DNA from: a virus
Taxonomy: Duplodnaviria > Heunggongvirae > Uroviricota > Caudoviricetes
Strand: one strand, 5' to 3'
DNA: 48,925 nt
Virus record (IMG/VR): IMGVR_UViG_3300045988_151382
Shown: piece by piece, positions 10,429 through 20,570 of the stretch
How positions within the stretch are numbered: position 1 is the stretch's first letter
Layout: every line of letters begins with the position of its first letter
Notes under the pieces: model-generated
The model's database searches: none
Told to the model about the DNA's origin: nothing
The model's input: the letters and a program-made list of their open reading frames with translations, nothing else
Program-made: the position numbers and the translations under genes

Positions 10429-10718
10429 TATTTAATCTCCATGATAGAAGAAGAAACTCTAGAGTACATTACATACTCGACACTGGTTTTATCAGAAAGT
10501 CTTTTTTCTGCATCTGAAAAATCACTGGTTGCCACAAACAAACACTTTGCACCAGGAATATGTGATATTAATTTTTCACACTCTGGAGATAAGCCATTCT
10601 TAAATAGTTTATGCTTCAAAATTGAGAGTTGAGGGATTGTTGGCCCTATATATACAAATGTTTGAGCAACATCTTCCTTCTTTTCTATATCTTCTTTACT
10701 ACTTTTCTTATTAGCCAT
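10428..10718 (-). CDS. Hypothetical protein (head-tail region)
   Basis: 96 aa ORF, AT-rich codon usage. Confidence 0.35.
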   Translation of the reverse strand: MANKKSSKEDIEKKEDVAQTFVYIGPTIPQLSILKHKLFKNGLSPECEKLISHIPGAKCLFVATSDFSDAEKRLSDKTSVEYVMYSRVSSSIMEIK

Positions 10719-11204
10719 TTAGATAAACTCCTGAGACTGAATATTCTGAGGCTTTAATACTAGCCACGTTCCAGTTGCTTCCGTTATCCAATATGGATAT
10801 GGTTGATCATCAAACATTCGCCATCTGATATCACCCTGAAAGAGAAATTTCTCTTCAAGTAAAGGCTTCTCCTGAAAATGAAACATCATCCTTTCAAGAA
10901 GAGCCATTACCCATTCATATCCAGTATGGTCCTCACAAAAACCACCTAGAAGAAACTTAACCTTAACTTCATCCGTTTCAGGCTGCATTCCTCCTTCCGT
11001 GGGCCTGATAATCACATGAGGAAATTCTGGCGGTTTATCTGGAGATGGTTGTGATTTAGGAGGCAAGTACCCTTTAAATATTGTTGGAACAAACAATTTA
11101 ATATCGCTGTCTGTTTCATCATAAGGAGGCCCCTGCACTAATAAATCATGGAAAACCTCATGTTCCAACCGATTTTTTATTGCATCTATCAAAAGATTAA
11201 TCAA
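10719..11204 (-). CDS. Putative head-tail joining/tail completion protein
   Basis: 161 aa ORF between head and sheath genes. Confidence 0.35.
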   Translation of the reverse strand: MINLLIDAIKNRLEHEVFHDLLVQGPPYDETDSDIKLFVPTIFKGYLPPKSQPSPDKPPEFPHVIIRPTEGGMQPETDEVKVKFLLGGFCEDHTGYEWVMALLERMMFHFQEKPLLEEKFLFQGDIRWRMFDDQPYPYWITEATGTWLVLKPQNIQSQEFI

Positions 11205-11545
11205 ATCGGCATTCCTCTGTTAGTATTAACAGTGAGAGTTATTTCCAATACACCAACATTATCTGATACTTCATCAACAATATAATTTTTACCGTTGATT
11301 TTCATTGACTGGTCTTTGACAGGGAGAACAGGAAAATCTTTTCTTGAAACAAATAATATTATTTGCCCCTGATTTATTCCCTCTGCAAACTCAGCATATG
11401 AGCGTTTATTCCGCTCATGAATAAGGTCTGTATCAATAACGGCAAGGATATCCTTGCCGTCTATGTTATATGTATCGGCAAACTCTTTTTCATTGAGGAA
11501 TATTGCAGAAATATCTTGCGCTATAACCTCTTTGAAGGAGTTCAT
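11201..11545 (-). CDS. Putative head completion protein
   Basis: 114 aa ORF translationally coupled in the head-to-tail connector block. Confidence 0.35.
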   Translation of the reverse strand: MNSFKEVIAQDISAIFLNEKEFADTYNIDGKDILAVIDTDLIHERNKRSYAEFAEGINQGQIILFVSRKDFPVLPVKDQSMKINGKNYIVDEVSDNVGVLEITLTVNTNRGMPI

Positions 11546-11937
11546 TACTTCTTATTACCTTTTTTTTGCGTTGATTTTTTCGAATTACTGGTATCAGAAG
11601 TAGCTACAGATTCAGATGAATCATCAGCAACCATTTCCTCATTGCCGCCATCATCCTCAAACTCAACCTCGAATACACAGCTACCCGCCTCCGTTCGCGT
11701 AATCAACCCCGCGTCCACAGCATCATTAACAGCAGATGCGTATCCATGCTCAAAAGCTAACTTAGCAGCATCATAGCCCCCAGCCGATGCCAAATCACCA
11801 TCCTCTTCGGTGGCAATAGCATGTCCTGACGCAATCAGTTCGGCAATTCTGGAGTTATCCATTAGCCCATTAAGCAAACGGCCCGCTTTTAGCGAGCCGT
11901 GGCTTATCGTATCAATGTTTTTAATCAGTCTGGCCAT
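11545..11937 (-). CDS. Putative head-associated protein with basic C-terminal tail
   Basis: 130 aa acidic ORF ending in KKSTQKKGNKK, immediately after major capsid gene. Confidence 0.35.
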   Translation of the reverse strand: MARLIKNIDTISHGSLKAGRLLNGLMDNSRIAELIASGHAIATEEDGDLASAGGYDAAKLAFEHGYASAVNDAVDAGLITRTEAGSCVFEVEFEDDGGNEEMVADDSSESVATSDTSNSKKSTQKKGNKK

Positions 11938-12981
11938 TTAAACCACCTTAGCCACCAGATAGGCATCAGCCACACCAGGATTAGGCAGTGGAGATGACTT
12001 CATGGCAACATAACGGCCAGCCGGCTTACGAGTTACCCAGGTGTCTGGAACTCGTGGTGACTCAACAATCGTTAGAGTCTTTTCGGCGTCATCTACAAGC
12101 TCTACAGCACCATACAGCATCGTTCCTCGACCAGGAGAGCCAAAGAGGATCTTATCTTCCGGTACTAATGATTCAGGTTTTCCTGTTTTATCATTGCGAA
12201 TAAGTTCGTCGTAACCATAAAAATCGACACCTTCAAGATTGCCATAATGAGTTACGCCTTCTTCTAACTCTTTAGGCTCAATATACCCAAGCTCTTTTCG
12301 GCGATTATCAAGATATTTAGTTACTGCTTCATTTTTAACGAAGGCATCAACAACTTTTGCGCCCATTACGGCAACACGAGGTGTAAAACCTGAAGTTAGT
12401 GATACCCGACGTTTCCAGTTGCGAACATTGACTAACGGATCTGATTTTGCTGCACTCCATAAATCATCACCTGTCAGTTCAAGATATGGTTTATCTCCTT
12501 CCTCTTCAGGCCAAAAATAAACTGTGTCATCCACTCCTTCACCAACAATATCAACCTGCCCCGTAAACAAGACTTGTGCACACATCCATTCTTCACGGCG
12601 GTTAACCATTTCATCAAGCTCAAGCAAATCTTTACCTAATTGCTCGGCGGCTCGTTCTGCTGGCGATTTTGCGTTGTAAATATTCTCACCCGGAAGCCTG
12701 TTTAAAAGCAGCTCGGCTGTTGTTACCAAATCAGGTGCAACAAGTGGTGGCTCCAGAGTTCTCGTTACAAAGCCGCGTCGCTCAACGGTTTTTGAGCCAA
12801 AACCTTTACCAACAAACGGAGCCATAGTACGGCCACCGCGAACAAAATCCAGATCAACTTTCTTTGTATTAAAGGTCTGAACACCAGGAAAAAAGGTACG
12901 AAGAAGAAAACGACGAGCCTTGAAATTCTGAATAACAGGCTCAAGCATCGTACGTCGTTCAAAAATATCAATATTCGGCAT
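11938..12981 (-). CDS. Major capsid protein, lambda gpE-like
   Basis: 347 aa; size and position after decoration protein gene; recalled resemblance to Phage_cap_E family. Confidence 0.7.
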   Translation of the reverse strand: MPNIDIFERRTMLEPVIQNFKARRFLLRTFFPGVQTFNTKKVDLDFVRGGRTMAPFVGKGFGSKTVERRGFVTRTLEPPLVAPDLVTTAELLLNRLPGENIYNAKSPAERAAEQLGKDLLELDEMVNRREEWMCAQVLFTGQVDIVGEGVDDTVYFWPEEEGDKPYLELTGDDLWSAAKSDPLVNVRNWKRRVSLTSGFTPRVAVMGAKVVDAFVKNEAVTKYLDNRRKELGYIEPKELEEGVTHYGNLEGVDFYGYDELIRNDKTGKPESLVPEDKILFGSPGRGTMLYGAVELVDDAEKTLTIVESPRVPDTWVTRKPAGRYVAMKSSPLPNPGVADAYLVAKVV

Positions 12982-13001
12982 AAAAATACGACCTCTTTAT
13001 A

Positions 13002-13385
13002 TTATGCAGATGGATTTTGTTGTGCGGTATTAAGGAATATTCCAACCTTCCGGCAAGCCAGATATACATCGGCAACTTTTGCTGATTCAGGAAGGATAAC
13101 CGCATGTGCATTGAACATTCCGGTCAGCCATGCTGTTCCGACTTGCGCTGAATCAGTCGCATCAATATTGTGTTGAGCGATACAATACGGTTCTTTTGCC
13201 TCCCCTTCACCAGAGAGATTTATTGGCGCCACAGTGACAACATTTGTTGTCTGATCAATACTGACAAAAGCAAGTAACTCACCCCGTTTTACTTTACCGC
13301 TGGCAAGTTTAATACTTGTTGGAATTGCTGGCATACCACCAGAAATAATCAGATTATCTGGTTCAAATGAAAAAGACTCTCGCAT
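13002..13385 (-). CDS. Head decoration protein, lambda gpD-like
   Basis: 127 aa ORF between protease/scaffold and capsid genes. Confidence 0.6.
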   Translation of the reverse strand: MRESFSFEPDNLIISGGMPAIPTSIKLASGKVKRGELLAFVSIDQTTNVVTVAPINLSGEGEAKEPYCIAQHNIDATDSAQVGTAWLTGMFNAHAVILPESAKVADVYLACRKVGIFLNTAQQNPSA

Positions 13386-13394
13386 AAACTCACC

Positions 13395-14483
13395 TTAATT
13401 TTTATCGCGGTTTTTAAATACTGACCCAATAACATTTTTTACTGCTTCAGCCTGTTTGTTGCCGTTGTTTTCTGGTTGATTAACATCAACTGAATCATTC
13501 ACCTCACTTGCGTCTTCTTGCCGTTGATTAAGAAAGTTTTTGTTACGCGCTCGCTCTGCATTCATAATTTCCAAAGCAAGTTCAGCCGCAGAAACTCCTG
13601 TTTTGAATTTTGCATTCTTAACCAGGTCGTCATGACCAGGAATCACGCTATTCTCGATTGTTTCAATGCGCTCGCGTTCTGATTTAACGCCCTCGTCTTT
13701 ACCAGCATTAAAAACCTGATTGTATAATTCTGGATATTTATTTTTTAATTCATCAAGAGTCACAATATCGTCCTCATTTTGTTCATTTGATTCAGTAGAT
13801 AACTCATTTTTATTTTGCGGCAACTTTGCGAGTGAATCAGGTAATTTTGAAAACCTTGATGCTTCAAAAGTTATTCCATTAAGCGAAAGCATCCCTTCCT
13901 TTATAGAAGCGGATAAGCGTATTGGTTTTTCAACTTCGTCAGCAAATCCAAGCTCTACAGCCTCTTCTGCATTTAGCCATGTTTCCTGATCCATTAGTTC
14001 AATTAATTTATCCTCAGAAAGCCCTGTTTTCTCCTTATATGCAGATAAAATACTATTGCGTATCTTATCCATCATCTCAGCAATATCACGCAATTCATCC
14101 GCATCGCCAGAAGCAAATGTCCACGGATTATGGATCATCATCATAGCATTAGATGGGATAATAATTTTATCACCCGCCATTGCAATAATAGTTGCAGCCG
14201 ATGCAGCAATCCCGTCGATATAAACCGTAATATTCGCTTTATGACGCTTTAATGATGAAAGAATAGCTTGAGCAGTAAAAACAGAACCACCATAACTATT
14301 AATTTTTACGTTGATAGTATTTGATGAAATATCCTTTAATTTATTAACTATGTCAGAAGAAGAAACCTCATCAAATTCACCAATATACCCGTAAATTAAA
14401 AGTTCAGCCGGAGAGTCATCTTCACCCGTGCTATTTTTTATTTCCCACCAATTAGGCATCATCAGTCTCCATATTTTGTTCAT
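13395..14483 (-). CDS. Prohead protease (ClpP/S49-like) fused to scaffold domain
   Basis: 362 aa; N-terminal half with SYGGSV...GIAASAATIIAMAGD serine-protease-like motifs, C-terminal half coiled-coil acidic region. Confidence 0.7.
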   Translation of the reverse strand: MNKIWRLMMPNWWEIKNSTGEDDSPAELLIYGYIGEFDEVSSSDIVNKLKDISSNTINVKINSYGGSVFTAQAILSSLKRHKANITVYIDGIAASAATIIAMAGDKIIIPSNAMMMIHNPWTFASGDADELRDIAEMMDKIRNSILSAYKEKTGLSEDKLIELMDQETWLNAEEAVELGFADEVEKPIRLSASIKEGMLSLNGITFEASRFSKLPDSLAKLPQNKNELSTESNEQNEDDIVTLDELKNKYPELYNQVFNAGKDEGVKSERERIETIENSVIPGHDDLVKNAKFKTGVSAAELALEIMNAERARNKNFLNQRQEDASEVNDSVDVNQPENNGNKQAEAVKNVIGSVFKNRDKN

Positions 14484-16026
14484 TTACCTCAGAAACAGGA
14501 GGTGTAATAAGCCCCAACTCACGGCGAGCATTCTCTTCTCTGCCACAGATTTGTGCGGTTTCTTCCCAGTTAAGACCTGACATTTCAGCCGCTTCTTTTT
14601 CACGGGTAGAGAATGTTTCCTCAACACGCAGTTTTGCAGCTTTGACTTCTTTAAGGGGATCTAATTGGCCTTGTGATGGGCCATACCATTGAGCGCCACT
14701 CCATGCAGCGCGATATTCAGGCCCATAAAAAAAACCAGGGGCAATAACACGACCTTTAGCAACGGCTTCGGCCAACCATTCCTCATAGATCGGTTGGCAA
14801 AATGACTGAACCATCCAGTCACGTCGCATACGGAACATTTTCCAGGCTTCAAGTAATGCGGCCCTGCTTGCGCTATAACTTGCTGTAAAATGCTTTACCA
14901 AGAGTTCGTAAGGGAGTTCTAAAGCAGCCCCAATTTGACGGCATATGGCGACAACAAAACCATCAAATGCCGTATTTGGTCGCCCGGGATTTGCTGTATC
15001 TATCGACTCACCTTCACCCAAACTTACTATGGAGCCATTCCCCATTTCTTGGGTGTTATCATCATGGTTATCGATCTGCTCGTACTGAGGGATACCCGAT
15101 TCACCGACTGGCCCATCAGGAGCGTCTGTTTTAATAAAGACAGTAAACATCCCTGACACAACCGCAGCAACCAATTCAGCATCGGTGTATCGTCCTAACT
15201 GCTTCAATGCTTCAATTACAGGAGCAAGGACAGGAACGCCACGGCGTTGCCCAGGCCTTTCAAAATCCTGCATGACATGCAGAATATTTCTTCTTCCTGT
15301 TTTACTCCCATATGCGGGAATACGTTCCCACTTGCGGGTTACAAAACCAGAAGTCCCGGCTGGGTGATGTTTTGCAACCCAGTACGCCACAGGCTCGCTA
15401 AATTCACCAACCTCTACGCCACCGTAAAGATTTGGTATAAAACGATCCTCTGGATTGCAAACACGATCACCTTCAATTAAATAGACGCACAAATCATATA
15501 TAACACCCTTACGCTTAATAACTGGTAGCGCAGCAAATATATCGCCAGATGTTAACGCAGATATTTGGACCAATGATTGCAATTGTCCAAAAGTACACAT
15601 TCTTGATGCATCACAATTTGGAGAATCAGCCCATAATCTAAACTCACGCTCAACATGCTTTTCCCATGCTCGCGCTTCTTCCTGCGTCATCCCCAAGAAA
15701 TCGGCATCAATGTTCGCATTTAGTTTTAAACCGGAACCAACAACGTTTGTCCTGATAGTTTTTATTGCGCCAACAGATAGCGGGTTTCCCATGAAGAGAT
15801 CACGAGAACGCTCACGCAATTTATCTATATTTTTAACAATATCATCATCAGGAGAACCAGCTTTACTAAACCAACCCCTTAATGATTTTTTATGAGTGCT
15901 TGCACCATGACGTGAATATCCAAGGTTATTAATACCTTCAAGTGCTTCTAACCGTTTTCTTGCCAAAGCTCGATTTAATGCCCTCTGAGGTGAAAACGGC
16001 GCAATAACTCGATCAAGAATATTCAT
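14452..16026 (-). CDS. Portal protein, lambda gpB-like
   Basis: 524 aa ORF between gpW-like and protease genes; size and order as lambda A-W-B-C. Confidence 0.7.
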   Translation of the reverse strand: MNILDRVIAPFSPQRALNRALARKRLEALEGINNLGYSRHGASTHKKSLRGWFSKAGSPDDDIVKNIDKLRERSRDLFMGNPLSVGAIKTIRTNVVGSGLKLNANIDADFLGMTQEEARAWEKHVEREFRLWADSPNCDASRMCTFGQLQSLVQISALTSGDIFAALPVIKRKGVIYDLCVYLIEGDRVCNPEDRFIPNLYGGVEVGEFSEPVAYWVAKHHPAGTSGFVTRKWERIPAYGSKTGRRNILHVMQDFERPGQRRGVPVLAPVIEALKQLGRYTDAELVAAVVSGMFTVFIKTDAPDGPVGESGIPQYEQIDNHDDNTQEMGNGSIVSLGEGESIDTANPGRPNTAFDGFVVAICRQIGAALELPYELLVKHFTASYSASRAALLEAWKMFRMRRDWMVQSFCQPIYEEWLAEAVAKGRVIAPGFFYGPEYRAAWSGAQWYGPSQGQLDPLKEVKAAKLRVEETFSTREKEAAEMSGLNWEETAQICGREENARRELGLITPPVSEVNEQNMETDDA

Positions 16027-16262
16027 AAATCTCTTATCACCACTCGTTTAATTCGTGGGCCTCGGCGTACACCTGCTGATAATCTTTCTACTTCATTACG
16101 CCAGTAATCCATCTCTTTTCTGACTTCTGATAAATCCGCACGAGTTAACTGCCGCGTACCAAATTTATATGACTGACCGCCAATAGCAATAGCGCGATAT
16201 GCTTCCCGCCAGACAGATAACATCTCTCTGGCTTCAGTCAGAGAAAATGCTTCATTGTTCAT
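16023..16262 (-). CDS. Head-tail joining protein gpW-like
   Basis: 79 aa ORF between terminase large subunit and portal, as in lambda. Confidence 0.55.
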   Translation of the reverse strand: MNNEAFSLTEAREMLSVWREAYRAIAIGGQSYKFGTRQLTRADLSEVRKEMDYWRNEVERLSAGVRRGPRIKRVVIRDL

Positions 16263-16273
16263 TTATATTTCCT

Positions 16274-18130
16274 CTATATGGTTACGCCTTTACTTATAAC
16301 TCTACGGCGTCTTCTACGTATACCTGACGAGTTCTGCACATACACATTACCTCGCATTTCCTGTTCGGCAAGCCAGTTAAAATTAGGGTTCAGAATTTCC
16401 ATCGCGGCAGTTGCATAGTTACGGCAATCAAGAGGCTCGTTACGCTCGTAGACTTTCACCCACTTTTCTTTTGTCTGCCCATTTTTATATTCAAATATTT
16501 TTTTCTCTGATAATAATCCTTTAAAGTATTCGGTATCATATCCTCTGTCAGAATCTAATGGGAAATGCATATAACCAGGACCAGGATCATGTAGTTTAAT
16601 TCTTGCCATGATGGTCCCTTTACCATCATCAACCCCCAAATTAAACAACATAGCACCCACACGGTTATTATTACTTGGCTTTCCTATAAATGGTAAACCT
16701 ACCCCACCACGCCCCCTGATAGAGTATATTCGCCTTGATTCTCTCAGCTTAGTGAAGCGATATACCTCTGTCGTAAAATGCCCACCAGAGTCAATACAAA
16801 CAGAAGAAATCTGTAATTTTCGACCGTCACGGAATGACCAGCTACGGAGTAAGTATTCATCAAGTTGTTTCCAGACAACATCTTGTGCGGGATCACCTGG
16901 GAATATTTTATATTCTATCCCCCATGACTCCTTACCTTTTCCCCAACCGACCAATTCACAAACTAAATACGTGTCCTGTACGTCAACACCAGCACTTAAC
17001 AATAAAACATCATCTGGTAAAAACTCTTCAAACCTTATTCTGCGTTGCAACAAGTATTCAGGATCGATATCGTCTTTAGCATCCTCTTTCCATGGCTCAC
17101 CCAGCTTAAGGTTAATAAACTCCATTAATCCATTTTTATCGCGGTTTCTGGTTGCTTCCGTAAATTCTTCAACCAGCTCTGACAATGCAACCCACGGGGA
17201 GTAAAGACTGTTAATATGAAAACCAACAATACCTTTAACTCCAGTATGTTCAGCTATCCATACCCCCTTTGCCAACCAATCAACGTCTGGTTTACCAGAT
17301 CCGCGCATAATCCCGCCGCACTCACAGCACTCATATCTGGCCGTTTCCGGTAACGCCTCACCTGAATCGCTCTTATCCCATCTGACTTGCGACCATTTCA
17401 TCACCTGCATGGTGCCACAACATGGGCAAGGAACATGGTAGTAACGCTGATCGGAGAGCTTAAACCACTTGTGGATTTTGCTCGTTTCCTCCAAAACAGG
17501 AGTAGAAACAAAAACTTTCTTACGATTATGAAAGTTGGTAGTACGCTGAATACCTAGTTTTAGTGGGTCGCCCTCCTGCGTCACACCGTAACGATCAATC
17601 TCATCACCTAACAGTATTCGAATTGGCCTGGATGCAAGACCTGCTGGGGAATTAGCACCAACAAGTGCTATATATCCACCAGCGTAATGCTTCATACGTA
17701 TAGTCGTGCTGGACTTTTTGGCTGCACCGCGCCCCTCTTTCCCTTCATGCAGCTTGTGTTTCAAACCAGGGGAATATTTGAACGTCGGATCAATACGCTC
17801 CTTTGAAAAAGCCTCAGCCGCCTCTACCGTTGGATAAATCATCAACTGAGGAGATGGCTCCTGATCTGCAAAGTAACCCATAACATTTAGCTGTAATTCG
17901 GATTTACCAATTTGCGAGCTACATTGCATCACTACTGTTTCTGTATCAGCGTCACCAATAACATCCATTGGTTCACGCAAATATGGCACTCGGCTTGTAC
18001 GCCACGGCCCTGGCTCTGGAGACGTTCCCGGCGCTACATGACGATACTTATCAGCCCATTCGGAAACAGTTAGCCGTGATTTAGGGCGAAGCGCACGGAA
18101 AAAAGCGGTGCTCCATACTGTTTCGCCCAT
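16274..18130 (-). CDS. Terminase large subunit, lambda gpA-like
   Basis: 618 aa; cysteine cluster CPCCG...CCECGG and ATPase-like N-terminus; followed by gpW and portal. Confidence 0.8.
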   Translation of the reverse strand: MGETVWSTAFFRALRPKSRLTVSEWADKYRHVAPGTSPEPGPWRTSRVPYLREPMDVIGDADTETVVMQCSSQIGKSELQLNVMGYFADQEPSPQLMIYPTVEAAEAFSKERIDPTFKYSPGLKHKLHEGKEGRGAAKKSSTTIRMKHYAGGYIALVGANSPAGLASRPIRILLGDEIDRYGVTQEGDPLKLGIQRTTNFHNRKKVFVSTPVLEETSKIHKWFKLSDQRYYHVPCPCCGTMQVMKWSQVRWDKSDSGEALPETARYECCECGGIMRGSGKPDVDWLAKGVWIAEHTGVKGIVGFHINSLYSPWVALSELVEEFTEATRNRDKNGLMEFINLKLGEPWKEDAKDDIDPEYLLQRRIRFEEFLPDDVLLLSAGVDVQDTYLVCELVGWGKGKESWGIEYKIFPGDPAQDVVWKQLDEYLLRSWSFRDGRKLQISSVCIDSGGHFTTEVYRFTKLRESRRIYSIRGRGGVGLPFIGKPSNNNRVGAMLFNLGVDDGKGTIMARIKLHDPGPGYMHFPLDSDRGYDTEYFKGLLSEKKIFEYKNGQTKEKWVKVYERNEPLDCRNYATAAMEILNPNFNWLAEQEMRGNVYVQNSSGIRRRRRRVISKGVTI

Positions 18131-18135
18131 GAGGT

Positions 18136-18696
18136 TTATTCTTCCTGCTTAATAAATCGGGATTCCTGGAGCGCCTGAAGCGCAAAATTAATTTCGTCTT
18201 CAATAATGCGTTCGATCTCCCTGGCTGTTTTGCCTTCACAACGGGGAGCTGCTCTTGGAGCAATACTAAATAAGCGGCTACGCAATTCATTAGCTGCCAG
18301 AAATGCATCATCCCTGACCGCATCTTTAGCGATGAGAGAGCCTTCCTTTTCTTCAAATTCAAGGCGTTTCAGCTTTGCCTGATAAATTTTTTCTGCGGTC
18401 TTAGCCTTGTTGAATTGCACCGCAACACCGGAAGTACCACCAGCTAATCCGGCATCATCAGCGGGTAACTCTGGTTGTTCCGAAGATATCCCATGCCCTC
18501 TTTTTCCATTTTCAGCAGATACCTCACGACCAACCTGTCGGCTCGCTTCATAAGCCGCACTGGCTTTATCAAAATCCAGCTTGCCGCTTTTCAGCACTGG
18601 AATGCGACCGGAACGACAGAGCTTCGTAACCATTGCCGGAGAAATACCTTTCCGGCGGGCAAACTCTGACTTACTGACGATGGCCATTACTTGCAA
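18136..18696 (-). CDS. Terminase small subunit, Nu1-like HTH
   Basis: 186 aa ORF directly upstream of the large subunit; N-terminal HTH-like segment KSEFARRKGISPAMVTKL. Confidence 0.55.
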   Translation of the reverse strand: MQVMAIVSKSEFARRKGISPAMVTKLCRSGRIPVLKSGKLDFDKASAAYEASRQVGREVSAENGKRGHGISSEQPELPADDAGLAGGTSGVAVQFNKAKTAEKIYQAKLKRLEFEEKEGSLIAKDAVRDDAFLAANELRSRLFSIAPRAAPRCEGKTAREIERIIEDEINFALQALQESRFIKQEE

Positions 18697-19277
18697 CCAT
18701 TAGCAAGATACTGAACAAATCCCTCATGCGTTTCATGCGCGTCGTGGTACTGACGATAAACATCCAGCAACAATGCAATTTCCATATCCGTCGCGGGAAT
18801 ACGTTCTTTATCAATAGCCAGGTACTTAATTTGAACAACAGGGGAAGAATTATCGTCTTCTTCCTGCGGCTGTTCATCGCTTAACATTTCGTCAAGCTCT
18901 GCATCATTAAACCCAAGCAGATCAATATCAAAATCATCATCCATTAACTCTTTGACTTCTTCGGCCAGAAGCTGCATATCCCAGCCAGCATTTAAGGCCA
19001 GCTTGTTATCTGCAATCCTGTACGCCTTCTTCTGTTTTTCAGAAAGGTTACTCAACCGAATCGCCGGAACTTTATCCATTTCCAGAATTTCGGCTGCTGC
19101 AAGCCGACCATGCCCCGCAATCAGTTCATTCTTTTCATCGATCAGCACAGGATTAGTGAAACCGAACTCACGGATACTGTTCACCAACTGTTCAACCTGC
19201 TCATCTGAATGAGTCCGTGAATTTTTGGCGTATCTGAGCAGCTTACCGACTGGTAAATATTCGATTTTTAGAGCCAT
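18687..19277 (-). CDS. ParB-like nuclease domain protein
   Basis: 196 aa; motif NPVLIDEKNELIAGHGRLAAA characteristic of ParB/Srx N-terminal domain; paralog of 21944..22567. Confidence 0.7.
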   Translation of the reverse strand: MALKIEYLPVGKLLRYAKNSRTHSDEQVEQLVNSIREFGFTNPVLIDEKNELIAGHGRLAAAEILEMDKVPAIRLSNLSEKQKKAYRIADNKLALNAGWDMQLLAEEVKELMDDDFDIDLLGFNDAELDEMLSDEQPQEEDDNSSPVVQIKYLAIDKERIPATDMEIALLLDVYRQYHDAHETHEGFVQYLANGCK

Positions 19278-19834
19278 TTTTTAACCGCCATAACACAACA
19301 GGTTAAAGAAAACTGTTTAACTTATTGATACTAAAAGAGAAAAATGACGATCTTTTTACTCATAAAAAATCACACAAACCAGCATAATTATCTGATTTTA
19401 TTAAGTTTTTATAAGTAAAAAGGATCTTGCGATGGTGTTTTGGTTAAAAGATTGGATGTATTTACATGATTTATAACGATTTTTATCAGAACAACATCAC
19501 ATTGGTTAAAGATCTGCACGTATCTTGATGATCTAAAAGAAAATTTTCTACTTTCTTTTTACCAGCACAAATACAGCAAAAAATCACGTTTTCCCGATAT
19601 TTTTCAATGAGATGAGTAAATTTCTTTTACCGCAACTTTTAACCTAACTTTTTTCACGTTTAGCTAGCCGAACATCGGGGTTCGAATGACCCGCATCCAA
19701 CGCTTTTGGCCAGAAGGACCCAATTCTGCCGGACGATGAAACGATGCTCGTGCTCCCCCACAGACAGCCAGCGAGCGACGCTACAGAACACAGTGAATAC
19801 CCCCTGCATAACAACACCATCAACCACACGATGA

Positions 19835-20554
19835 TTAACGAGAGAACGTCTTAGAAAGGATGTCATCAATAGCCTTTGTGACTTCATCAGCAAACGCATC
19901 CTCACCAGCACGCAGCGCCACGCCATGCCAATCAAGACGCTGCGAATAGTTAGGTTGCTGGATGAACGTAAGGATCAACGTAGGACGCCGCCCAACGCGC
20001 TGCCAGACGCCTGGTTGAAGCGGGTTACTTGTACCAGGTCGAACAACAAAAAACTCCGTAGGCTTGCCCTGACGGCGATTTTGATGCGCATCTCGCTGAA
20101 CTCTTAGGCCAGATAAGACCTGCTGTAATTGCCCCCGCGAAATATTCCCGTATTTGTCCAGCTTTGCGCCGGGACCAGGAGCAAGCTGCCAGCCGTTAGG
20201 CAAATATCCACCAGCCCTTAGCGCCCCTTCTGAGCGTTTGTACTGTCGTTGGCCGCCTTCGATTTGCGGAGTCAACGTTACAGGGGCTGGCGTTCCACCC
20301 CATTCACGAGCATACACAATGGCTGTAGGATCACTCTTCTTTGCGGCTAAAACGTAAGTAGAGTTCTGAATCCACGGCGTGGGCCTGTCAAATACCCGAT
20401 TAATTTCATCCTTAATCGCAGCCTGAGAAGCCTTTGCCGTTCTGGTTGCTGTAAGCGCCATTGCGAACGGCAATTCGCGTTCTTCAATGCGCTGGAGTTG
20501 CCGTTGAATATCCTGAGAAGAAAAATCCATCTTTATCTCAATTCTGTCAGCCAC
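19835..20554 (-). CDS. Hypothetical protein
   Basis: 239 aa ORF between ParB-MTase fusion and a 550-bp non-coding region; no motif recognised. Confidence 0.4.
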   Translation of the reverse strand: MADRIEIKMDFSSQDIQRQLQRIEERELPFAMALTATRTAKASQAAIKDEINRVFDRPTPWIQNSTYVLAAKKSDPTAIVYAREWGGTPAPVTLTPQIEGGQRQYKRSEGALRAGGYLPNGWQLAPGPGAKLDKYGNISRGQLQQVLSGLRVQRDAHQNRRQGKPTEFFVVRPGTSNPLQPGVWQRVGRRPTLILTFIQQPNYSQRLDWHGVALRAGEDAFADEVTKAIDDILSKTFSR

Positions 20555-20570
20555 CAGCGCCTCCTACACA

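Noticed and set aside
19660-19705. tRNA-like fragment (GGGGTTCGAATGACCCG) that could mark an attP core
   Set aside because: Arms are not properly complementary and no full cloverleaf or integrase is present; probably fortuitous.
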